Origin: the human T2T-CHM13v2.0 reference genome, Homo sapiens
Strand: one strand, 5' to 3'
NCBI RefSeq assembly: GCF_009914755.1
Contig: NC_060926.1
DNA: 64,000 nt
In this document: in pieces, positions 42,443 to 55,980 of the stretch
How positions within the stretch are numbered: the stretch's first letter is position 1
Layout of the letters: each line of letters begins with the position of its first letter
The notes under the pieces: generated by a model
What the model was told of the DNA's origin: nothing
Database searches by the model: none
Seen by the model: the letters and a program-made list of their open reading frames with translations, nothing else
Made by a program: the position numbers and the translations under genes

Positions 42443-44222
42443 GTGAGGCCCTGGTTCTTTAACAGAAACAACTGGAACCAGAGTTTGAAACAAATAACTT
42501 TTTGCATTTTAAAAAAGTAATACAGTATGTATGCTGTATATAACAAAAAAACTTCAGTAAGGTCTGGGTCAGTAGCCCATGATCAAATCATATTAACATC
42601 TCTGCAGCAAAACCTACACAAATTCATACCAGTGATTTGGGATAAACACAGACCTACAAAGAAATTCATTATTTCACATAGGTTGAAGTCCTAATAAATC
42701 AGGTCCAGTCAGGGTTTACCACAGGGTTATAAACAAACTTTCAAGGCTTTTTAAATTTCAGAATTGCAGATAAGAGATGATGGAGTTGTACTATAATGTA
42801 TATACACACTATACATAGCTACATATGGTAAATATATACTAAATATAGATATACTATAAATATCACTGACCACTATTATGATTAATGATAATTTTTCTAA
42901 TTACCTAGCCTGCATCTCCTGTGGGAAAATGGGATTTTGCCAATTAAGAAAACCAACTCTGCATATAAACTCAAAAGAAAATTTTCTTTTCCAGCTTTTC
43001 TTCCATTATTGTTGGAAAGGCCTCACTAGGAGCAGCAGCATGTATTTTCAAATTCTGACAGCTGAGGCTTAATAAATGATCATAAACCCAAGAGAACACT
43101 GGGTGAGCCAGAGGGAGTGGCCATGACCTTAAGCATGTAATTGCATTTGCAGCATAATGAGCTGCCTAATTGCATATCCAAGTTTACATGCATTTGTGTG
43201 AGTAATTATGAGTCATTTAAATGTACTCTACTTGTAGTGTTTTGTTCTTAAAAATCAGATTAGCAAAGAAGCAATTTAATTTCAACATTTTAAAAGATTT
43301 ATTTTTAAAAAAGAAAAACTATTACCTGCCATGACTTAATATTTGAAAAGATAATTTAGGGACTGAAATGAAATAACAAGAAAAATAAGGCCAAGTTAAA
43401 AAAAAATTGTTAAGATTCCTTAAGCCACTATCTCACTAATAGCCCATCAAGCAATAGTCAATTTTTGTGACACTATGAGTAGAGATACACATGACAGAGT
43501 GCCTTCAGTCAAGGGCTAGCAGAGACAGGACGCCCCAAGCAAACATTTAAACACCAAATTAAAACTGATGTTAAGAAACACAGAGAGCTTTTGGTTAATA
43601 GTGGTACCCCCATCGCTGTCAAGCCTTTTTAAAATGACAGTAAATAACTTTTAAAAGGTATTAACCTTTAAGGACAAAAAGAACTGAAGAAGAAGATGCA
43701 GTAATTTAAGAAACTTAACCGGGTAAACATGAGAGCTTACAGAGGTGAACAGCAAAGAGAAAAGATTCCTCTCTCAGAATCCTTGGGACAAGAACTTCAA
43801 GGCTCTAAGCATGGGGGACGACAGGATGAGGCACAGGCCCGAATAAAGGGGGAACAATGGAGCTGATGAACACCCAAATCCCCACCATGCCTAAAGAGAC
43901 CAGAAGATAATTCTCTGGAGGAGGGGAACCAAAGCTGCCCTATGTGCGGGGTGGGTGGGGAGTATGCCACCAGGCACAGGTGACTTGAGCTGTGGGGCTA
44001 AAGTCAGGACAATTAATGGCAGTCTAGACATCAAACTGTGGGACCCTCGCCTCCTTTTCCCAGCCCCTGGAATGCCAAAGTCAAGCCTATGCTGCTGTGC
44101 GTCCACTCTACCAGCCCAAACCCCTAACACCTCAGAACAAAACTGGGGGATTCTTCTCTGGAGTAAATGAAAGGTCCCAGAAGACAGACTTTAAGATATT
44201 GATATCTGGGTAGAGTCATTAG

Positions 44223-44899
<677 letters not shown>

Positions 44900-44933
44900 C
44901 TCATTCTTAAATAAGAACAGGTTGCCTAAGCTC

Positions 44934-45023
44934 CCTCCCCATTCACTTATTCAACAAAGAGTTACCTCCCCATTCACTTATTCAACAAAGAGTTACCTCC
45001 CCATTCACTTATTCAACAAAGAG
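44934..45023. repeat. 31-bp tandem repeat, ~2.9 identical copies, at an L2 tail
   Basis: cctccccattcacttattcaacaaagagtta at 44934, 44965, 44996. Confidence 0.97.
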
Positions 45024-45759
45024 GCAGGCACTTTCCCTTCTCTCTAGATACTCAGTGACAAAACACAGAACAATCCCCACCCTCAAGGAGCTTACCTTCC
45101 AGAAAGGGGAAACTACAAACAAGGGAGAGGCAGTGGAGAGTATGACAGACAGAGACTGGTGCTGTGGAAACTGAAGGAGAGAAGGCAATGAAGAATAGAG
45201 GGGAAGGGGAGATGATGGACAGGGACCCAAGGGGCAGGAGGGAGTGACCCTCAAGACTACCTGACAACTACAAAGGCCTAGAGGTTGGAATTGCTTGGCA
45301 TGTTTGTGGATCAGTAAAAAGACCAGCCCAGTGTGGCTTGAATAGAGAGAGCAATGGTGAGCAGGGGCATTCATGAGGATCACTCTGGCAGAGGCTGGGC
45401 GACTGACTGGTTCCGGGCATTGAAGGAAATCTCTGTTTATTCATTAGCTGACAGTTCGGCAACGAGCAGAGACTTCAGTGGTCACACGTTAGAAAGAAAT
45501 CAGATTTTATAGAATTAGTCCAGGACAGTCACTAAACAAACAACCACAAACCCTGGGGACCTGGGGGAGGGACTGAGTTCCATAATTCCTAAATTATGTT
45601 ACTTAAAGCATCCAGCTTCCAACAAAAAAATTACAGGACACACAAAGAAACAAGAAAAGCAGGGTCCATATGAAGGGAGGGGGAAAGTTGCCAGAGAACT
45701 CATCTTTAAGAGACTAGCTACTTCACTAAGTCCAAACACTGGACTTAGTAAAAACTGGA

Positions 45760-46300
45760 TAATGACATTCATCCACTGATGAATGGGTGAACAAATGTGA
45801 TAATATCCACACAATGGAATGTCACTCAGCAATCAAAAGGAATAAAGTACTGAGACATGGTACAACATGGACGGGCCGGGAAACATGCTGAAGAAAAAAC
45901 AGACCACGTACTGTACACGAATGTCCAGAAAAGGCAAATGCATAGACAGAAAGTAGGTGAGTGGTTGCAGGGGCTGGGAGAGGGAGGAGAAGGAAGAAAA
46001 ACTGGCATGGGGTTTCTGGTTAGTGTGACACAACGTCATGGAATTAGTGGCAACCACTGCACAACTCTGGACTGTACACTTCATGTTTTTTTTTTTTTTT
46101 CTTTTTTATTTGAGATGGGGTCTCACTATGTTACCCAGGCTGGTCACAAACTCCTGGGCTCAAGCGATCCTCTCACCTCAGCCTCCCGAATAGCTGGGAT
46201 TATGGGTGGGTACCACAGAGCCTGGCTTAGGACTATACACTTTAAAAGGATAAACTTCATGGTATGTGTATTATGTCTTTAAAAAGCTGTTTTTTTAAAA
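45760..46300 (+). mobile_element. L1MB-like 3' fragment containing a minus-strand FLAM (46086-46225)
   Basis: catccactgatgaatgggtgaacaaatgtg; TSD-like ggact(g/a)tacactt around the monomer. Confidence 0.8.
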
Positions 46301-47177
46301 AAAAATGAATTAAGGAGGTTATTATGTCTCCTTAGTTTCCTTTAATGTAGGAGCCCCCACCTTCACTGACTTTCAGGATGTGGACATCTGCTCAAGGCTC
46401 AGGCCAGAGCTCTTAGAAAGAGCCCTGATTTGCAGGGGTTCCCCACAGTCCTCTGCTGATCACTGCTCATAATCAGATCCAGTTAAACCTTTCTGGCGAG
46501 AATCACACAGGCAATGCTGTGCCAAAAGAATACTTCAGACTATTTCTATACCATAAGCGATTGGCTCTGTATGATTAATATTTGCAAAGTCGTGTGTTTG
46601 CAGCACTTTATCTTCATGTGTTTTCCTATTTTTGTATTTTTATTTTTTTGTATTTTGGGTATAAAATGAGGTTCCAGGAAGGCGGCCCAGTTAAGGTTTG
46701 TCTGGGGACTATTTGCCAGGAGCTACCCTGGCTTAGGAAGGGAGGCCAGAAAAATCTAAGAAACATTTATTCCCACCTACTACCCCAATAAACAAATAAA
46801 TTGGAAAGATGGTAGGTTTGAGGATGGGGCACACCTCAGTTCTTTTCAAAGGGAGGTGACAGGAAACTACTTTTTAGCAAACTTATCTGAAAAGACTATG
46901 CCTACACTCTGCTATTTCACCAAACAAAAATATATACAAAATCAATTCACTCCTTTTCCTTGTTAAACTTTTAACATTTACTTGAGGAGCTGGAATGTGA
47001 AGGAAGCTTCTGGGAAACCAAAGGAATAATTTGCTGAAAACTAAATTCACGTACCTAACGGAGGTTTATAAACTTTGAACTTAAGCAGGATTCAGAACAT
47101 GCAAGCTTGGTGAAAACCAGATATTCCTAAAACATTTAGGAACAGGACATACAGAATTACTTTCAAATGAACCACTG

Positions 47178-47517
<340 letters not shown>

Positions 47518-48807
47518 TAAGTGTGTGAAAATTTTATTCAAAATCATGAAACTCACTCATAAAACATATCTGTTAAAGTTCTCTTTTAAATTCAAAACTG
47601 GATCTAACTTATTATTCTAATTTGAAGTGGAATAAAAAGCTTTACATATCTGTCTGCTTTTCATGAAACACTACAAATGACATGTTAAATAGCATAAAAA
47701 AATCCTCAGCTGACATTTTTCTTCAATTCTCAAGGAAGAAAAAGAAAATCTGAACATGGCCCCAATCTTCTTCAAAGTCCACTGTTAGCTGAATAAAAAA
47801 ACAGATGTTTATTTTAAGGTCTCCTATTCATTCTTTCCTGAAGAGCCTGGCCTTGCACCTCGGCTACAAACAGTCATTTGATGTTTATCATCATATTACA
47901 CTTGAATTCCAGTGCAGTTTCCTAGAGTTCACTTCCAGACTTTGCAATAACAATGACTCTAAGCAATGTTAAAGTCCTCTACTTCTACCCTTTTCCTCTC
48001 CCAATTTCCTAACTACACCAAATGCTAAACTTGCCCACATGCACACGCACACATGCCCCAAGGATGCTAAAGGCACTACGCCAATTTTTTTACATGAGAA
48101 TGTATTTATCTTTTTGATCATGCACCTGGTAATGAGCATCTCCCAAGATCTTGTTTTGTCATTTTATTCCTGCCAAGAGTTAGTAACACAGATGGTTTGG
48201 TGTGTTATCCTTAGCACATCAGTAGTTTCCTGGTTCTACTCGACTTCCTTGCAGGCAAAAGTGTTTATTAATAACTTTTCTGCATATTCTTATTGCTTTC
48301 TAATTCTTAATTTTGAAATCTATGTAAAAACTAAGGGTACCGATATATGTAAAAATACCCAGGGGGGGAAACTCGGCAGAAAAAAAGGAAGAGCAAAACT
48401 TTAAAAAAATTATATGTACACTTTTATTCAAGGTTCTATACCTTAACAGTGCTATTCTAGGAAGGTGAAAAAATATATTAACACCATTTAGCAGTTACCG
48501 ATTATCTTGGGGAGGCGGTCATGCACGGAACTAGGAAATCCTGAAGAACGTATTTTAAATTCATACAAAATAAGATTTCCCATATGTTCCCCCAAATAAA
48601 GCTGAAGGAAAGAAAGCATGATACTGACACAGCAAAGGACATAAAGGAACTCAATCTGAACTCAGTGGAATAAAATGTGGTCAACCACAACAGTACTTAA
48701 GTAGAGTCTTAAGTATGCATAGTTTCCTCTGAGGTAATAAACAGGATTCCCACAAACATGTGATAATATTTAGAATCTCACTAAGATGTATATGTGGGTG
48801 TGCATGA

Positions 48808-49160
<353 letters not shown>

Positions 49161-49352
49161 TAGTGAAGTTTTAGGATAGATCCAAAAGACTTCATGTAAA
49201 ATCTAAGCACCTGCAAAAAGAATATGAAGAGCTTTATTTAAAAAAAACCATACACATAACGAAATCTTTAAACTCATAAGGAAAAGAAAGTGATGAAGTT
49301 TGATAGGGGTGGTGGTGAGAGGCAAAAAAAACCAACTGCTATAATTCAATCA

Positions 49353-49664
<312 letters not shown>

Positions 49665-49965
49665 TTAACTTTGGGCTTCTAGGCAACCAAGACAAAAGGA
49701 GATGCACAGTAAGGTCGACAGATACCCTTTACTTGCTAGAGGGAAGTACACTGATAGATCTGGAAGAAGAAATTCTCTGTTGGAACAAAACTCAAGCAGC
49801 AAAATATAGACCTTTAAAGGAGTCTGGCAACAAAATATATTTCTTTGAGAGGCTTACAGAAGTTCAACATCAAAGAAAATCATTAAACTATAATTGATGA
49901 AGACCAAAGTATGTGGTCTAAGGAAGTAGCCTAATGATCTCACTTGACTCTGGAATAGTTTAGAG

Positions 49966-50191
49966 CTATGCTGCCCAATAAGGCAGCCACTAAGCCACCT
50001 GTGGCGATTTAAGTTAAAATTAATTAAATGAAATTAAAAATTCAGTCCCTTAGATGCAGTACTCACATTTCAAGTGCTCAACAGCTACATGTGACTAATG
50101 GCTACCACACAGGACACAGCAGATATAGAACGTGTCCGTCATCACAGAAACGCTGGTGGCAGACTTTGGTTTAGAGAACTGGACAGCACTG
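49966..50191 (+). mobile_element. MER3-like (hAT-Charlie)
   Basis: cacatttcaagtgctcaacagctacatgtgactaatggctacc; end tggacagcactg; 8-bp TSD gtttagag. Confidence 0.8.
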
Positions 50192-52011
50192 GTTTAGAGA
50201 ACTGGAAAATGTAGATGGTAAACAGTTACACAGGAAACTATGTAAATAAAGTATGATATATCTACACAACAAAACACTATGCAACTATTAAAAAGAGAGC
50301 TTGATTTACGTGCTGACCAAAATGATATTGTGATCAAAAAAACCTTTGAGAATAGTATAAGGAGACCCTGATTCTGCTCAAGCCCCATGCCACGCTGTGT
50401 GTGTCATACGTGACTTGACTGCACAGCATGTGCACCAACTTGTTAGTAACTTGTTAATAATGGTAATGAAGGACTTTTATCTTCTTGGTTATGTATTGTT
50501 ACAAGGTTAAATTTTTTTTTTTAGTTAGAGCGTTTTTCAAAAAAAAAGAGAGAAGAAAAAATAAACACCCCCAAAAGAATACAGGCACAGATGCAGATAC
50601 CAAGTGGTGAACAAGTCCCTTACACTATCAAACTGAAACCTCAATTATTTCAAGTACTCTGTAAAGGAGCGGAGACCCAGCCCCTAATTCAACATTGAGG
50701 CTATTAGTGAGCACTCAAGTCAGTACTAGTGCTGCTGGCTGAGAACAGATATTCAAAGTGTAGATAATAAAGATGATTTTTTTTTCTCCAGAAAATTCAA
50801 GAACCTAACTCATAACCTTTGACCTTTTCCATGGAGATGAACCAGAAAAACAAAAGCTCAAAACTCCCTCCCAGGAAGCAGTTTAACTCATATATATGAA
50901 GAGTCAGAATTAAGACAATTCAAGATGGCCAAAACTGAATTTAGTATCTATTCCACCTTACCTCTGTGAATGGTACCACTGCTCATTCAGTTCCCCTCTC
51001 TCCCCATCATCCATCACTCCCCCACGAATCACCGCACTCTATGAGCACACTCCTTACTGTCTCTCACACCCAACTCTTCCCTCACCATGCCTACTGCCTT
51101 AAATGGGGCCCTCATTATTTTTTCTAATCAATTACAGTGTGTCCTATCCCTGGCTTCCAAAGACAACCCCCATTAAACAGGCAGAATAATCTAACACACC
51201 TATCTGATTTCAGTCCCTTGAATAAAACCCTTCAAAGGCATGCCACTCTAGTTAAAGCAAAAGTAAAATTTTAACATGGTACAAAAGGTTTGGCTTTAAG
51301 TCCTGATACTTCTCCAGTCTTACCGGAGAAGTATCAGTATCTCCCATTCCTTAAGAGCCGCTGAAAAACCCAAGCTCTTCCCAAACAGACTGAACGGACC
51401 GGGGCTCGTGGGTCTTACTTCAGCTCCCTCTGTACAGGATGATCTCCCTGATTCTGCCACCCTTCTATCCACCATCACTGCCTAATTCCTGAACGTCCTT
51501 CGAAATTTGAATGAAACATTACTTATGGGAAAGTGACTTTCTTACCTCTTGTAAGATCCTGTATACCAAAGTTCCTTATCACCTGTACTATCTGTTCCTT
51601 TACTAGACTATCAGCTCCTAGGCAGCAAGGCCCATCTCTTCAAACACCTTTGATATCCTAGTGCAGTTTTTGATATCCCACCCTTGGTCCTGGCACAGGA
51701 AAGATGCTCACTAAGTGTTTGTGTAACAAATGTTTGTATAATAAATGACCCAGCCCCCCAAATACTCAAAACTAACAACTAATTAACACAACTATCTAGT
51801 TAAGCCCAAAAAGACAAAAATCATGGTGTGTCATTTTCATGACTGACCAACATAAATAAATGATATTTGCAAATTAAAACAACAATAAGATACTATACGC
51901 TATAAATCGATTAGAATGGCTAAAACGCAAAAACATTGACAACACCAAATGCTGACGAGCATGTGGAGCAACAGGAACTCTCATTCACTGATGTCAGAAA
52001 TACAAAAAGGT

Positions 52012-52723
52012 CTTTATTCTTGTTGCACAGCTGTTGTTTGGGGACTTCCCTTTGCCATCATCCTGGGATTTCCCTTTACCTCCTTCCTGTGTGATCTCTG
52101 GTTTCCTAAAATCCCTGTCTTCCTCTCTGTTAGGTTATTCCCTGTTTTGGTCAGTATATCATCCAAGAGTTTCCTGACAAAAGAGATGGGAAGGTAATTT
52201 CTTTCTCCAGAAGTAGATTTTTCTTTTCTTTTTTTTTTTTTTAATTGATCATTCTTGGGTGTTTCTTGCAGAAGGGGATTTGGCAGGGTCACAGGACAAT
52301 AGTGGAGGGAAGGTCAGCAGATAAACAAGTGAACAAAGGTCTCTGGTTTTCGTCGTGCCACTACACTGAAGCCTGGGCAACAGAGTGAGACCCTGTCTCA
52401 AAACAGAAAAGGACCTATCAGCCCCAAGTGGAGCAGAACAGAGGGATTTGGGAGGAATGTCCTCAGAAAAAGATATTAAAACACAGTTATCTGATGAGTT
52501 TGAAGATGTAAAAAGTTCTACTGAAAGCCATTGTACACAGCGATAGGAAGACATGCCATAGATTAAAAAAAATAATAACCTAAGCAAATCAAAATTAGGT
52601 AACAAAAGTCCAGGAAAAACAAAAGCTTATAGATGGGAAATGTAGACAGTATACATCACTTAACTTAGAAATGAGCCATCATCGAAAATAATAAAAACAC
52701 TGATTATGAATTTAAAAAAAAAA
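52012..52723 (+). mobile_element. Composite retrotransposed insertion: inverted [SVA 3' end + transduced flank] + Alu tail + transduced flank + poly(A)
   Basis: 16-bp TSD agaaatacaaaaaggt (51996-52011, 52724-52739); AATAAA 52690-95; A tail from 52714. Confidence 0.88.
52229..52351 (-). mobile_element. SVA SINE-R 3' end (SVA_D/E/F-like) with its A tail
   Basis: ttaattgatcattcttgggtgtttct..gatttggcagggtcacaggacaatagtggagggaaggtcagcagataaacaagtgaacaaaggtctctggttttc. Confidence 0.93.
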
Positions 52724-53941
52724 AGAAATACAAAAAGGTATGGGCACTATGGAGGACCATCTGGCAATTTCTCAAAACTAAACGTATTGTGACCATATGA
52801 CATAGCAATTGGGTTCCTTGACATTTATACAAACAAGGTGAAAACTTATGTGCACATAAGAACCTACACGAGAATGTTTAGAGCGGCTTTATTCCTAACT
52901 GCCAAAACTGGAAACAACCAAGAGGCCTTTCAATAGGTGAATGGACAGACAAGCTGCAGTACATCCAGACAAGAGAATGTTATTCAGCGATAAAGGAAAA
53001 TGAGCTATCATGCCACAAACAGACATGGAGGAATCTCAAAAGCATAGGATTAAGTGAAAGAAGCCAATCTGAAAAGCCTACATACTGTATGATTTCAGCT
53101 ATATGACATTTTGGAAAAAAGCAAAACTAGAGACAGTAAAAATACCAGTGATTGCTCGGGGTTTGTGGGGTGGAGGAAGGGATGAACAGGTGGAACAGAG
53201 GACTTTTAGGGTAGGGAGACTATTCTATGTGATATTATGACCGTGTATACATGTCATTATACATTTGTCAAAACCCACAGAATGTACACCACCAAGAGTG
53301 GACTCTAATGTAAACTATGAACTTCAGGTGGTGATGTGTCAATGTCTGTTCACTGGCTGCAGCAAATGGACCACTCTGTTGTAAAGTGCTGATGGTGAGG
53401 GAGCGTGTGGGGGAGGGACATAAGAACTCTGTACTTTCCACTCAATTTTGCCGTGAGCCAAAAACTGCTCTAAAAAATAAAGACCACTGAATGAGTGAAT
53501 GACATAACCATGTACAGACATGCAAGAAACATGGACAGGCAGATCTAACCTTTCTTTCAATGTCCCACTACTATCATTTACATATTACTTGTTTTCCAAC
53601 CAAGAATAATGTTCTGTTCCTCAAGAAGGTAAACATATAATCCAAATGAGGATTTGTGCCCATGTCAAGATCTAATATTCGTTCCCATTTAACAATCTGT
53701 AATAACTACTTTCTAGAGCAATTTACGGTGCTAGTAATACAGTATAAGCCAACTTTACCTCCACCCCACCCCCACAAAAAAAAAGCCTGGGGGAAAAGCT
53801 GATGACATGGGAGCAAAAGGATGGGTAGAAGACGGGTTTGTTACATTTCTCTCTACTTTTATGTCTATTTGAAATTTTTTCTCCTCTAACCAATGAGAGA
53901 CAAAATACATTTTTTTCATAATACATTAAAAAAATGTGTCA

Positions 53942-54253
53942 GGTCAGGTGTGGTGGCTCATGCCTATGATCACAGTACTCTGGGAGGCCAAGATGGGAGG
54001 ATCCCTTTAGCTCAGGAGTTCAAGATCAGCCTGGGCAACAGAGTGAAACCCTGTCTCTATGAAAAAAAAAATTTTTTTTTAATTAGCCAGGCATGGTGGT
54101 ATGTGCCTGTAGTCCCAGCTGCATGGGGCTGAGGTAGGAGGATTACTTGAGCCCAGGAGTTTGGAGGCTGCAGTGAGCCATGATCACACCACTGCACTCC
54201 AGCCTGGGAGACAGAGTGAGACCCTGTCTCAAAAAATAATAATAAATAAAACA
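53942..54253 (+). mobile_element. AluJ-like
   Basis: Full dimer. Confidence 0.93.
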
Positions 54254-55458
54254 AATTTTAAAAGGGTCAATATTCATTACTTTAAACCAGCATGCATGGA
54301 GTCAATGAAAGCCTATGAAGTATAAGACACTGTTCTAAGAACCAAGGACACAGCAAAAAGCACAACATACAAAGTTCCCGCCTTGTGGAGCTTACATCCT
54401 AAGTGGGCATCAGAAGAGAAACTTACGTTGGGATTTGAGAACACTGAATCAAAGTAGAGATGGTGTAAGTCCTAGAACTTTCTTATTATTTTCTGTATAA
54501 GGTGGGCCTTTTAAAAGAATGTAGTCTAAATTTCTGGCTTACTTGTATAAGCTACCTTCTTTTTTAAGGAAAAAACAAAACAAAACCAAAAAAAAAGAAG
54601 AGATAATGGCCATGTTAACTAAAGACATCGCCACCTAAGTGACTACACAACCAGGACACTGAAATACTAGGTTTAAGTCCGACTATATCTCATCCAAAAT
54701 AAGAATGGCAACGAGATCGACTTGGTAAGCACCAAGATGGAGGAAATGCCGGAACCAGGAGACAAGGCCTTTGGTCAACATTGAAGTCAAACTAGCATCT
54801 GAATAGGAAGTTGTCATTTATTTTCAAGAAAATGGACATGCCAGATGTAAGACTATTTAAGCAAAAACAAACATCATCTGATACACTAACACAATATATG
54901 TCATATGTGTATCAAATATCTCCATGAAAATTACATACATTTTTACCCAATCAGAACTGAAATTAACTTTGAAAATGCGACAGGATGCTCAGAAAATTAC
55001 TTCCTGATTGTCACACATTAATGCTTCTGTATGTCCGCTATTCTTGTGATCCAATAAATTGTGATGGGAAACGGGGAGGATATCCTTTGTTGAGAAAAAG
55101 GCCACAGATACTGTTACTACCTGAAAGTGTTTAGATTAAAATAGGAAGTCCACATTTCCCCTTTGTAAAGTCACAAACAACTTGTTTGTCTTACAAAAGA
55201 ATCTGTATTAACCACCTGACATTTGTGCCTTGCTTCCCAGTTCATAGTTATGAATATATAACTGAAAAATCACAAAACAGAACTCCACACTTTTTCCCCA
55301 TAAAATTAGGTCTTTTACCTTCCATAAGATGTCTTATCTTTCCGGATCTTTCTTATAGGCTTGGCTTTATCATTGTAATACCTTTCTTGGAGAATAAAAT
55401 TAGGCATTTGTTTCTTTTATCCTATTATGAATCAAGACATCTTAAAAATACACATCTT

Positions 55459-55980
<522 letters not shown>

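Larger units (their letters stand above)
51860..53480 (+). mobile_element. L1M (L1MC/MD-like) 3' fragment hosting the SVA-transduction insertion
   Basis: gacaacaccaaatgctgacgagcatgtggagcaacaggaactctcattc; ends aaaactgctctaaaaaataaag. Confidence 0.85.

Noticed and set aside
54640-54695. tRNA/B-box-like ggtttaagtcc
   Set aside because: No cloverleaf; no tRNA, snRNA, snoRNA or rRNA gene was recognisable anywhere in the window
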